A stretch of DNA of 53,167 nt from a virus (lineage: Duplodnaviria > Caudoviricetes): IMG/VR virus record IMGVR_UViG_3300025120_000073, positions 1-53,167 of that record, one strand, 5' to 3'. Made by a program: the position numbers and the translations under genes. This document shows, piece by piece, positions 8,480-17,310 of this stretch; the first letter of the stretch is position 1; the number at the start of each line of letters is the position of its first letter. Under the pieces are notes generated by a model, which was not told the DNA's origin, made no database searches, and worked only from the letters and a program-made list of their open reading frames with translations.

Positions 8480-9439
8480 TCAATTTTCCTTCATTAGTTG
8501 CGCGGCATACTGTTCTGCAGTTAGACCTAGCCGTTTCGCGAGTGCGGCTGCGGTCGGAGTCAACTTCACCTTGCGTGGTTTTTTAGACGTTCTGGACGTA
8601 GGGGCAACCACGGCTCCTGTTCGGGGTTGTTGTGATGTAGGCTCCTCTACCGCAACGCCGAATTTATCTGGGAACGCTTCCATCATGGCAGCGTCTATCT
8701 TATCATAATACTCTTTTGAATTTAAAACAACACCTTCTGCTTGCAATTCTGTGTGTACACCCATTGCGAAACCAGTTAAGGCTTTGTCCCCCTTAGAATT
8801 TCCTTCAAACCAAGTATTGTTTTTCCACCACTCCATAGCTTGCGGTGGAGGCTGTTGTTTCTGTTGTTGTTGATTGGGTTCAAACTCTTCAGCTTGTTTT
8901 CTTTTTGGAGGAGTATAGTTATCGTATCTAAACTTCTCATTCTGAAGGTTTGTCAGATTTTCCTGTGCATCAATAAGAGCATCAGTGTCACCTACTTCAT
9001 GAGCTTCTTTAAGCTTACCTTTAGCCTGAGCGATTTGTGAATCGATCCTGCCTTTTGCCTGATCAACAAGAACGCCCTCGCTTTTCTCAAGAGTTTCTTT
9101 AAGCTTATCGTTCTCTTCTTTAATTTTTTGAGCGTAGCTTACTGCCTCTTCTTTTAGTTTAGCAGCTTCTTCCTTAGCTCGCCTCTCTTCATGAAATTCC
9201 CACTTCATTTTCTTCAGGCGCTTCTGAACGCCCTCGCTATAAGATTCTAGCTCTTCATCATTGGGAATGTCAGGCTCTGCACCTTCCGCTCTTCTTGCTC
9301 TACCCTTGTCTTCTTCAGGGGTATCGTCAACGATTTCGACCTCTACTTCAGAAGAAGTCTCTTCTTCCTTTTCTACCCCTTCAACATCTTGTGTTTCAGT
9401 GGCATCAAAATCAATATCTTGTTCTGCAGCTTTATTCAT
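8480..9439 (-). CDS. putative capsid scaffolding protein
   Basis: Acidic N-terminus, long coiled coil, C-terminal VKLTP..AKRLGLTAEQYA. Confidence 0.7.
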   Translation of the reverse strand: MNKAAEQDIDFDATETQDVEGVEKEEETSSEVEVEIVDDTPEEDKGRARRAEGAEPDIPNDEELESYSEGVQKRLKKMKWEFHEERRAKEEAAKLKEEAVSYAQKIKEENDKLKETLEKSEGVLVDQAKGRIDSQIAQAKGKLKEAHEVGDTDALIDAQENLTNLQNEKFRYDNYTPPKRKQAEEFEPNQQQQKQQPPPQAMEWWKNNTWFEGNSKGDKALTGFAMGVHTELQAEGVVLNSKEYYDKIDAAMMEAFPDKFGVAVEEPTSQQPRTGAVVAPTSRTSKKPRKVKLTPTAAALAKRLGLTAEQYAAQLMKEN

Positions 9440-9816
9440 ACTCTTGTATACCCCCTTGGATCATCGACAACACCCTCCACGGTATCATCGTTTATAAGAC
9501 GAAACTCTTTTCCCGATACTTTAAATCTAGTGCCTGAGTACGATCTGAAAATAACAAAATCGCCCTCTTTGCACCAAGCCCCGTTAGGAAACCTTTCCTT
9601 GTCGGAGTAAGCATCTGGCCCTGATTTAATAACAAAACCAATAATTGAAGCTGTTGATTCGTCTTTGACAAGTCCATCAGGCATGATTACTCCGCCCTGT
9701 GTCTTCTCATCGATCTCTGGAAGTGCTATCAGAAGTCTATATCCCGTAGGTTCTGGTAGCTTTGCGTGAAGGTCATCCCCTACCTTCGTATTATCGACTT
9801 TAATTGTCGCAACCAT
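9436..9816 (-). CDS. groES: co-chaperonin GroES-like protein
   Basis: PTGYRLLI..TQGGVIMP..VIKSGP..KEGDFVIF..YSGT..EFRLINDDTVEGVV follows the Cpn10 pattern. Confidence 0.85.
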   Translation of the reverse strand: MVATIKVDNTKVGDDLHAKLPEPTGYRLLIALPEIDEKTQGGVIMPDGLVKDESTASIIGFVIKSGPDAYSDKERFPNGAWCKEGDFVIFRSYSGTRFKVSGKEFRLINDDTVEGVVDDPRGYTRV

Positions 9817-9901
9817 ATTGCACCCATTTGCAGTGATTTAAAGGTTCACAGTTACCTTGCGCGGATTATCCGCGAATAATCAGAACTTAACTAAAAAGTT
9901 T

Positions 9902-10102
9902 TTAGCTTTCAATATATCTTTTTTCAATTTCCGATAAATCTTCTTCTATAATTCTAAAAGCTTCGTACTTTCCTGTTAGCTTGACGTAATCTTCTTGCGT
10001 TTTAGCACCGCCCTCAGCAAGAAAAAGTTCAATTGAACTTTTGTATTCAGCTATCTTACCTTTGATTACTAGAATTAATGGATCAGTCACTGGATTTATC
10101 AA
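9902..10102 (-). CDS. small hypothetical protein after the portal gene
   Basis: 66-aa helical ORF overlapping the portal end; contains a palindrome copy encoding SSIE. Confidence 0.7.
   Translation of the reverse strand: MINPVTDPLILVIKGKIAEYKSSIELFLAEGGAKTQEDYVKLTGKYEAFRIIEEDLSEIEKRYIES
10027..10038. repeat. dispersed palindrome, copy 3
   Basis: Exact copy extending to a 20-bp palindrome; in a CDS as SSIE. Confidence 0.95.
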
Positions 10103-12527
10103 GCTCTCTGGCTATTTCTAATCCTAGCTTCGTTCCCTCGCGTTTATCTTTACGCTGCTCCTTATCTAGCTCTGTAGCAATCCTAGCACCAATAGATGCA
10201 CCTGCACGTTTGTTCTCAGATTTAATTCTTTCAGCCTGTAGATCCAAGTTACCGATCTTGGTTGTTGCATCCAGATCAAGACTTGCTCTATCCATTTCCA
10301 TTTTGTGCTTAAGCTCTTGCTCTTTGATTGCAAGCTCTCGCTGTTGGATCTGTGTAAGTGGATCTTGCGCTGCTTCTTGTGCTTGTTGCTGTGCAACCTC
10401 TGCTTGATTTTTGCCGAGTAGCTTCTGAGCTGCGTCTGCCGCAAGACGAGAGATCTCTTCTTCTGTGTCTTCTGGAAGCGCTTGATCTTCGCTTGGCATT
10501 TCCACACCTAGCTGTAGCTGTATCTCTTTGCGATACTGATAGGCAACGTGTTCGGTTATGTGTGATGACATTGCGCTCTGTATCGCCCCTGCAAAGGGAG
10601 ACTGACCCACGATCTGCTGTATCTTTGGATCTTGCATTGCTGCCATATGCACTTGGATGTGTGCCTCGTGATCCTGATACATAAACGCTTTGACAGGCTC
10701 TTGTTTCAAAATAGCCATGTTTTCTGAAACTGGATCTTTTGGTTTGATGTCTTCTGGAAGCTTAATGATGTCGGCTGCGTCACTAATTCCCAGAACTTCT
10801 AGCATCTGCCTGTGTAGTTTTCCCATGTCGTATAGTTGCGGTGCTTGCTGTGCAAGCTGAAGTGCCGCCTGATACTGCATCACCCTTTGTGACATTGTTG
10901 CTGCATTTGGATCTGAAACGGGAATAACATCAATACGACCATCAAAGTCTTCTGTTCTGTTAAACTCGCCTTCAATCTCATAGGAATACTCTGAAGCCAT
11001 ATTGTCGTGAATTATTTTAGCGAGTATTCTTAGTTCCTGCTTAAGTGCAGCATGTAGTCTTGCTTGCACCCCAGACATCACTTTCATGGATCTTTCCATG
11101 AGAGCTAGGGTTGTTCCTACTGGAGCCTGTGGGTTTGTATCGCCTACCTGTACATCGGCAACAGAACCTATTCTGCGCCCTTCTTCAACGATATTTCCGA
11201 GTAGCGAGTAGAGTACGCTTGATGGCTCTTTATAAGGAATAAATGTAATTGAGTCACGGATAGCACCGCCCGGTACGTCCACATCCCTAAATTCGCCCGG
11301 CATGAGAGGCGTATCATCACCTTTGATACGGAGACCGCGAGCTTTAAGACCTGCAGGTAAATTCGATAGCGTACCCGCATCAATAAGTTGTCGAAGTATT
11401 GAGGTGGCTGATTTCGCCAAGCCTCCAATGAGGTGAATAAGTCCTGTGCCGTAAAATCCCAAGCCCGGTAGGTATCGGTAATGTACGAAATGCATACGTT
11501 TCTTTTTCTTTTCATCGTCCTCGTACCAGTTTCTTCTGATGGATAATACTTCTCTTGATGACTTATCGATTGTAATTACATAGGGCCGAGCAATCCCATC
11601 AGGATCATCAAACTCTTCTGGCATGTTCATATCGACATGCATCTCCAGAATTGTATGGCGGTCATCATCATCAATGACCGCCTCTTCGCCATCCAACTCA
11701 TCGTACTTTTGCTTAATATCAGAGTAGTCTGGTTCAGGGTCTGGAAGATCTACATCACGGTAGAAGCCGTTTACCTGTAGCTGTAGAACCTCATTCGATG
11801 TTTTTTTCATCACATGCGTGTATCTTGGGCATGTTTTTAAATCTGATGCCCCGTAAGACACAACGAAATCCTCTGATGGAACGAACATAGAGCATGGTCT
11901 TTCCATCAATGGATCGTAATAAACTTTCTTAAATGCAGAACCTGCAATGGGGAGCTTGAATAGCATCTGCTCCATCTCATCGCGGTACTCAGACATTTCT
12001 TCGGTAAGCAAATAGTTCATCTCGTTTTCTACACGAAATGCCTGATCTTTCTTTTCGGTGTCACTCTTTCCAACAATTTTAGTTCGCACTGGCCCTGAAG
12101 CAGGGAATATCTCTCCCATAGCCTGTGCTTGGAAACGAACAACAGCTTCCGTAAGTATCGGGTGAAACACCCCTGAAGCACCCGCCCACGGCTGCTGTCT
12201 GTCCTCGACCTTCATTCCTAGAAGATCTAATCCCTTGACGTATGCCCTCGCCCAATCTGACCTGCTTTCCTGATCTGACTGAAAGTCAGAAACAAGATCG
12301 CTTGCCATTGACTGGAGAACATCCTCATCAATAACCTCTGCAAGGTTTTGATCATGGCCTTCGCCCCCTAAAAGCTCTTCGCTAATGTCTCCTTCAAAAT
12401 CGATAATGATGCCGCCATCCTCTGTCTCCATAGAAACGGCTTCAGGATTGACTATTTCAACCTGCACTGCCTCTTCCTGATCATCATCCTCTAATTCGAA
12501 GGGTGTCATTTGCTTTTCGATTGCCAT
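10083..12527 (-). CDS. portal protein (P22-like, long C-terminal coiled coil)
   Basis: 814 aa after terL; HPILTEAVVRFQA, GSAFKKVYYD, FYGTGLIH; Q-rich barrel-like tail. Confidence 0.85.
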   Translation of the reverse strand: MAIEKQMTPFELEDDDQEEAVQVEIVNPEAVSMETEDGGIIIDFEGDISEELLGGEGHDQNLAEVIDEDVLQSMASDLVSDFQSDQESRSDWARAYVKGLDLLGMKVEDRQQPWAGASGVFHPILTEAVVRFQAQAMGEIFPASGPVRTKIVGKSDTEKKDQAFRVENEMNYLLTEEMSEYRDEMEQMLFKLPIAGSAFKKVYYDPLMERPCSMFVPSEDFVVSYGASDLKTCPRYTHVMKKTSNEVLQLQVNGFYRDVDLPDPEPDYSDIKQKYDELDGEEAVIDDDDRHTILEMHVDMNMPEEFDDPDGIARPYVITIDKSSREVLSIRRNWYEDDEKKKKRMHFVHYRYLPGLGFYGTGLIHLIGGLAKSATSILRQLIDAGTLSNLPAGLKARGLRIKGDDTPLMPGEFRDVDVPGGAIRDSITFIPYKEPSSVLYSLLGNIVEEGRRIGSVADVQVGDTNPQAPVGTTLALMERSMKVMSGVQARLHAALKQELRILAKIIHDNMASEYSYEIEGEFNRTEDFDGRIDVIPVSDPNAATMSQRVMQYQAALQLAQQAPQLYDMGKLHRQMLEVLGISDAADIIKLPEDIKPKDPVSENMAILKQEPVKAFMYQDHEAHIQVHMAAMQDPKIQQIVGQSPFAGAIQSAMSSHITEHVAYQYRKEIQLQLGVEMPSEDQALPEDTEEEISRLAADAAQKLLGKNQAEVAQQQAQEAAQDPLTQIQQRELAIKEQELKHKMEMDRASLDLDATTKIGNLDLQAERIKSENKRAGASIGARIATELDKEQRKDKREGTKLGLEIARELDKSSD

Positions 12528-12571
12528 GATCTGTCCTTTGCAAAAGTTCTTTCATCAGTATAGCAGAACAA

Positions 12572-14077
12572 TTAATAATATTCTACTGGTCTTCTATAAC
12601 TTGGCTCGTCATCCCATTCATCAGTTGGAGATCTAATCCAACCGCCTTGGCGGAAACGTATCAATGCTTGTGACATCGAGTCAACATAATCATCGTGATC
12701 TCCCGCAGGGAAAGAAGCCACCTCTTCAATCACCTCGTCTGCAAACCTAGTATCTGGACACCAGACAATACCACTGGCAAATAAGTCAGAAACTGCGTTT
12801 ACACGAGCTATCTTATCTTGTCCTCTTGATGGAGTAAACTCTGTAACGGGTAATCCCATAGCTCTAAGTTCGAATATCAAAGGCGCACCAGACGCTTTTT
12901 TCTCCACCACAAGCTGATCTGGCTCATATTCCCAGTATTTGTCGTATGCAGCCTTCTTCAGTTCTGGAAACTCTAGCTTTTCTTTGTATGCGTCTAGCAT
13001 AATCAGGTTAGGAGCCATCTCTCCCGTGTCATCTGGGTGATAAAACACCCCCCATGTTGTTACAGCGCTGTAGTCAGAGCGTTCTGTCTTCAAAAACGCA
13101 GTATCCCACGACTGGATGATGGCTTCGCAAGCAGGTGGGTGGCTTTTTTCCCAATTTCTCCACCATTCTCGCTTAATTAACGCCCCTTCTTCCGATGTGG
13201 GGTCTTGTTGGTACTGTGCAGACCACTTCCCAACAGGGATTTCGGCCTTAATCGCCTCTAGTTCGTCCTGTTTCCAAAACTCAGGCCATAATGGTTGACC
13301 AGAAGGCATAAGTGCAGGGAACTCTATGACTTCCCATTCGTCAGAACCTATCCTCTCAGCAGATTTATTCACAATCTGTCCAGTCAGATCCCTTTTTGAC
13401 CATCTGGTCATCACAATGATGATTGCCCCTCCGGGCTGTAGACGCTGTCTGGGGCCAGATGTATACCATTCGTACACCCTGTCGTACACTTCGGGGTTAA
13501 ACTGCCCTTGTTGGGCGTCCTGTTCGCTGTGAGGGTCATCTATGATCAATAGATCCGCACCTTTACCCGTTACCGCACCGCCGACACCAATCGCGAAGTA
13601 GTCACCTCGCTTGTTTGTGTTCCAACGACCCGCAGCTTTTGAGTCTGACGATAGATCTATTCCATGAAACACCTTCTTGAAGTCTTCGCCCTGTATCAGG
13701 TTCCTGACCTTACGACCAAAACCCACAGCCAGTTCTGCAGTGTGGGCTGTCTGAATAACTTTTTTCTCTGGGTACTGCCCCAAGAACCAAGCGGGAAGAA
13801 GATAAGACGCAAACTCTGACTTGGTGTGACGGGGTGGCATGTTGATGATAAGCCTTTTCAACTCTCCCCTAGCCACACGTTCGAATGCCTCAGCCATAAC
13901 TTTGTGATGCCGACCACCAATAAAGCTAGGCCACATCATTTTGGTAAATGCCAAAAACTCTGATTTAGCCTTCTTCTTGTTCTTCAGCTCTTCAAGCTGT
14001 TCGAGATCAGCAAGCAAATCTGCCTGAGCTTCCAATGGAAGCTTTTTAAGTTGTTCAAGTATCTTCTCGTGCTTCAT
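12572..14077 (-). CDS. terL: terminase large subunit
   Basis: Walker A-like MPPRHTKS, Walker B LLIIDDP, MTRW, nuclease SWDTA and HDDYVD; start moved to ATG 14077 (GGAGGA RBS). Confidence 0.95.
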   Translation of the reverse strand: MKHEKILEQLKKLPLEAQADLLADLEQLEELKNKKKAKSEFLAFTKMMWPSFIGGRHHKVMAEAFERVARGELKRLIINMPPRHTKSEFASYLLPAWFLGQYPEKKVIQTAHTAELAVGFGRKVRNLIQGEDFKKVFHGIDLSSDSKAAGRWNTNKRGDYFAIGVGGAVTGKGADLLIIDDPHSEQDAQQGQFNPEVYDRVYEWYTSGPRQRLQPGGAIIIVMTRWSKRDLTGQIVNKSAERIGSDEWEVIEFPALMPSGQPLWPEFWKQDELEAIKAEIPVGKWSAQYQQDPTSEEGALIKREWWRNWEKSHPPACEAIIQSWDTAFLKTERSDYSAVTTWGVFYHPDDTGEMAPNLIMLDAYKEKLEFPELKKAAYDKYWEYEPDQLVVEKKASGAPLIFELRAMGLPVTEFTPSRGQDKIARVNAVSDLFASGIVWCPDTRFADEVIEEVASFPAGDHDDYVDSMSQALIRFRQGGWIRSPTDEWDDEPSYRRPVEYY

Positions 14078-14081
14078 CGTA

Positions 14082-14130
14082 TCCTCCACCCAAATGGTAG
14101 ACACTGATCGGGTGGGAGACAGTGCCTACC
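14082..14130 (-). promoter_or_regulatory. hairpin/pseudoknot covering the terL ribosome-binding site
   Basis: 11-bp stem GGUAGGCACUG/CAGUGUCUACC; loop CCACCC is complementary to GGGUGG at the SD. Confidence 0.5.
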
Positions 14131-14158
14131 GTGGATGAAAATGGGATAAATAAACATC

Positions 14159-14278
14159 CGCGTGTAATATATAATATATATATAATAATTAATATATATA
14201 TAATCTCTCTCTTTAAGAGAGAGATATATTAATATATAATATATATAATATAATATATATATATACTAGGGAGGGGTA
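14159..14278 (+). repeat. AT-rich element with (TC)n/(GA)n palindrome, copy A
   Basis: CGCGTGTAATAT..(TA)n..ATCTCTCTCTT-T-AAGAGAGAGAT (14203-14225)..(TA)n..AGGGGTA; inverted homologue at 25211-25306. Confidence 0.8.
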
Positions 14279-14497
14279 TGTGAACCTACCCCTTTTTCTA
14301 AAAAACCAAATATATTTCTCAATAGTGATATTGGCACTCAAAAACTAAAGGGGGGGTATTTGAAAGTTTTTAGTAATTGTTTGTGTGGAACACCATGTAT
14401 GTAAGTTGTATGTGCGACCGAGTATATACTATCATGGGGGTAGGTGGGGTCACGACATACTGGTCAGACTAAATGGGTATTGCCATAAATCAATAAA

Positions 14498-14509
14498 GTT
14501 CAATTGAAC
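14498..14509. repeat. dispersed palindrome, copy 4
   Basis: Exact copy at the terS stop codon. Confidence 0.95.
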
Positions 14510-15030
14510 TATTTAATCCCTAGAGCAATCAATTTGTTTTGGATATCTTTTTCTAGCTGTTGCTCATTACGTTCTGTCTTATCCTCAGTTTCTACCCTAT
14601 CGATCCATAGCCCCATAGACTTTCCTAATAACTCAATTGCTCTGACTTGTGTACCGTCAGCTTCACCATCTCGCAGTGCGACTTGTTCCAGTTTTGAAAT
14701 CACACGATCCCTTCGAGAGAGGGCCATCAAGCGGTTATTGCTCTCTATATCACTATAATATCTATCTAAGCTTAGTGACACATTAGGGTTCTTAGCCAAC
14801 CTACACGCTTCTACATGTATGCTTGCATTGCTCATATTACTGGCATCATATGCCAGACGATAAGCATCACTTATATTATTACCATCTATTATGGCTTCAA
14901 TGAATGCCTGTTGTTTATCTGTTACCCCTCTATTGTTCTTAGGGGTTCTTTGTCTACTCTTACCTGTAATCGGTACAACTACGCTAGGCGCTTGGCCTTT
15001 ATCGTGGTTTTGATCTTGATCTTTTGGCAT
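14509..15030 (-). CDS. terS: terminase small subunit
   Basis: VTDKQQAFIEAIIDGNNISDAYRLAY..EACRLAKNPNV HTH and AIELLGKSMGLWIDR; upstream of terL. Confidence 0.8.
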   Translation of the reverse strand: MPKDQDQNHDKGQAPSVVVPITGKSRQRTPKNNRGVTDKQQAFIEAIIDGNNISDAYRLAYDASNMSNASIHVEACRLAKNPNVSLSLDRYYSDIESNNRLMALSRRDRVISKLEQVALRDGEADGTQVRAIELLGKSMGLWIDRVETEDKTERNEQQLEKDIQNKLIALGIK

Positions 15031-15076
15031 TGCTCAAACCTTTTAATTAACTTGGAACAAACATAGCCATTATACA

Positions 15077-15091
15077 GAACAAATCAAGAAA
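15077..15091 (+). promoter_or_regulatory. near-match alphaproteobacterial LexA box beside the terS -10
   Basis: GAAC-AAATCAA-GAAA (one mismatch to GAAC-N7-GAAC); TATAAT on the minus strand at 15069-15074. Confidence 0.3.
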
Positions 15092-15185
15092 TAGCTCCAA
15101 TAGCCAATATAAGCCCCTCTGAGAGGGGTTTAAGGTTTCATAGGGTATTAGCCACGAAACTTCCTTTGCTAAAATGTACACATAT

Positions 15186-15200
15186 GTTCCGCATATGTTC
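15186..15200 (+). promoter_or_regulatory. alphaproteobacterial-type LexA (SOS) box
   Basis: GTTC-CGCATAT-GTTC, an exact GTTC-N7-GTTC, in the divergent promoter region. Confidence 0.4.
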
Positions 15201-15247
15201 TCACTTTTTGGCACTTCCTCCTGCTAAGTCATTGTTTTCATTACATT

Positions 15248-15287
15248 AGGTACGTCTGCCCCCCAAAAGGTACGTTTACCCCCCAAA
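15248..15287 (+). repeat. tandem 20-bp direct repeat
   Basis: AGGTACGTCTGCCCCCCAAA / AGGTACGTTTACCCCCCAAA, 18 of 20 identical. Confidence 0.8.
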
Positions 15288-15334
15288 TTAAACCCACATT
15301 AAAAGTTCATTTGAACCTTCTTTAATCTTTAGGG

Positions 15335-15363
15335 TTGCAATAGGTTTCATTAAGTGTCATTAA
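15335..15363 (+). promoter_or_regulatory. putative sigma70 early promoter
   Basis: TTGCAA-N17-CATTAA upstream of a structured leader and the first early gene. Confidence 0.4.
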
Positions 15364-15733
15364 GGTCATGTACCGAGGGTTTTTGATTCGGGTTGATTAC
15401 TCCCCACCCCTTCGTACGTTCTTAAACTAACGCCAATAGGCTCAGGAACGCACCCTGCCGCGAGGCACACGCGCCCAGATATACTGGGAGGTTTGTAACA
15501 AGGAATTGCTAGTACGACTGACCGACAATGCATGTGTATATTATGTGCGTAAAAATTTCTGTTTAGCGTAAACGTTTCGGGTTCCGACACTTAGGTATGG
15601 GTAAGTGAGTTGGTTAAATTAAGAGAATGCAAAGCCTTAAGTAGTAGCGACACAGCGATTAGCACAAAAAGTTAAATTAACGAGTGTAGCCTTTCGGGGC
15701 TATAGTCTTGGTTTAATTTAGAAAGGAACCATC

Positions 15734-16333
15734 ATGAAATTACATGTTCTTAAAAAGTATATGACTAACGTGAACAAGGTTAAGGCAGACAGAGCGCAAA
15801 ATATGAATGCTTCTGCACAGTCTAGGGCTTTTAGAGACCTGTCTTTTATCAGACCTGAAAAATCAGAGTTTTGCGAATACGCATACGATCAGGGAAAAAC
15901 AGACACTATCATATTGAATGCACTTATTCACAGTGCATGGAAACATACAATTTCTTACTATGTACAGGGCATCGATTCAGAGAGTGCTTTGGAAAAACTT
16001 GTTCAAGTTGAAGAAGGCACGGTTTATGCCGATGTGCAAGGCATTTACTGCCTGACTGCACGAGCAAAGCATGTGCCACTGTCAGTAGGTGATGCTGTAG
16101 TTGTCGAGCAAGACACAAGTTGGAGAGGCATGAATACAACACGCCCAGTCGTTTATCTTTTCACTTACGATGGATGGGTGCAAGTTAGTCAGCATGTAAT
16201 GTTGGCTATGTTTGAGGCCAACCTCTGCCCTTCAATTATTTGTGAGGGTGAGCATGTGAGATTTGAAAGAATACAAAATAGCTCACAATACGAAGTTTTC
16301 ATAAATCTAGAGCAAGCAAGAGAGGTTGCATAA
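15734..16333 (+). CDS. early hypothetical protein
   Basis: 199 aa, AAAGGA RBS; no recognised motif. Confidence 0.75.
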   Translation: MKLHVLKKYMTNVNKVKADRAQNMNASAQSRAFRDLSFIRPEKSEFCEYAYDQGKTDTIILNALIHSAWKHTISYYVQGIDSESALEKLVQVEEGTVYADVQGIYCLTARAKHVPLSVGDAVVVEQDTSWRGMNTTRPVVYLFTYDGWVQVSQHVMLAMFEANLCPSIICEGEHVRFERIQNSSQYEVFINLEQAREVA

Positions 16334-16341
16334 AGCTTCAC

Positions 16342-16372
16342 TTGCACCGTCCAACTATCATGGATGGTGCAA
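16342..16372 (+). other. 12-bp intergenic hairpin (processing or stability element)
   Basis: TTGCACCGTCCA-ACTATCA-TGGATGGTGCAA; no U-tract. Confidence 0.6.
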
Positions 16373-16428
16373 TGGCGGCAGTATGCCGATAACCCCAATA
16401 TTTTCAATCAATCAATAGGAGGCCAATC

Positions 16429-17136
16429 ATGGCTAAAGTATCAAACGTATCATTCTCAATTGAAGCAACAAACAACATAACAGACGCTTATGTTGCTTAT
16501 TCTGCAACTAAAGACGCAATCGGTGTCGAGAAGGAAAAAGGCGAAAGCTACAATCTAGCAATGTACTCTGAGGTCATTGCTGTAATGAACGGCTGTAAGC
16601 TTAACGCAAAGAACAAGCTGTACCGTGAGGATGCACTCGCGATCAAAGGCGAAATTGGTGTTGCTCTTGGCAATGGCAAAGGTGCTGATGCTAAAGCGAA
16701 ACGTCTTTATGAAAACAGTTTCAAAGCTGTCAAACACTTCAATGTCGTATCAAAAGATGAGGACAAGCTTCCTTCAGGCGACAACGCAACCGCGTCAGCT
16801 ATACGCGAACACTTAGCAATTATGAACGTGACCACAGAATCAAATTTAGCCGCACTTGGCAAAGAAAAAGTTGATGCTGTAGCCGCGTTGGTACGAAAGG
16901 TATCAGGTAACTTGGTTACACAAAAAACTGTGAAGGGAAAGAAGGTTGATCTAGATCAGCCAGTATACAAAGACGGCTTATCTGATGAGGATCTGCAATC
17001 TTTTCAGGATCAGTTGGCGGTAGCTATTGCAGAGAGATTTGCATACCGCGATGCTGAAGCCGCCAAAAAAGCAGGTGCTAAGGTCGGTGTCGAAAACGAT
17101 ACAGTTAACTCATCATTAGATGCTTTAGCGGCATGA
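16429..17136 (+). CDS. early hypothetical protein (A/K-rich, helical)
   Basis: 235 aa, strong AGGAGG RBS. Confidence 0.8.
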   Translation: MAKVSNVSFSIEATNNITDAYVAYSATKDAIGVEKEKGESYNLAMYSEVIAVMNGCKLNAKNKLYREDALAIKGEIGVALGNGKGADAKAKRLYENSFKAVKHFNVVSKDEDKLPSGDNATASAIREHLAIMNVTTESNLAALGKEKVDAVAALVRKVSGNLVTQKTVKGKKVDLDQPVYKDGLSDEDLQSFQDQLAVAIAERFAYRDAEAAKKAGAKVGVENDTVNSSLDALAA

Positions 17137-17255
17137 GTATCCGACAACAAAAAGAGGCCAAACGTGTAGGTTATGCGTTTGGCTTCGCACATGGCATGGG
17201 CGCTTCAATGTCGCTCGTGCTTATCGTCACTTGGATAAGTATGTATCTATCATGA
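17133..17255 (+). CDS. 40-aa putative membrane protein (not in the ORF track)
   Basis: MSIRQQKEAKRVGYAFGFAHGMGASMSLVLIVTWISMYLS; ATGA overlap with the upstream stop. Confidence 0.55.
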   Translation: MSIRQQKEAKRVGYAFGFAHGMGASMSLVLIVTWISMYLS

Positions 17256-17310
17256 TTATTCGTATTAAATTTCGCGGTCGTTCAGGTCGCCTCATATAAG
17301 GAAGTCAGAA

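Noticed and set aside
15366-15590. 74-aa minus-strand ORF in the divergent region
   Set aside because: No evident RBS, non-ATG start, and it overlaps plus-strand tetraloop hairpins; better read as non-coding.
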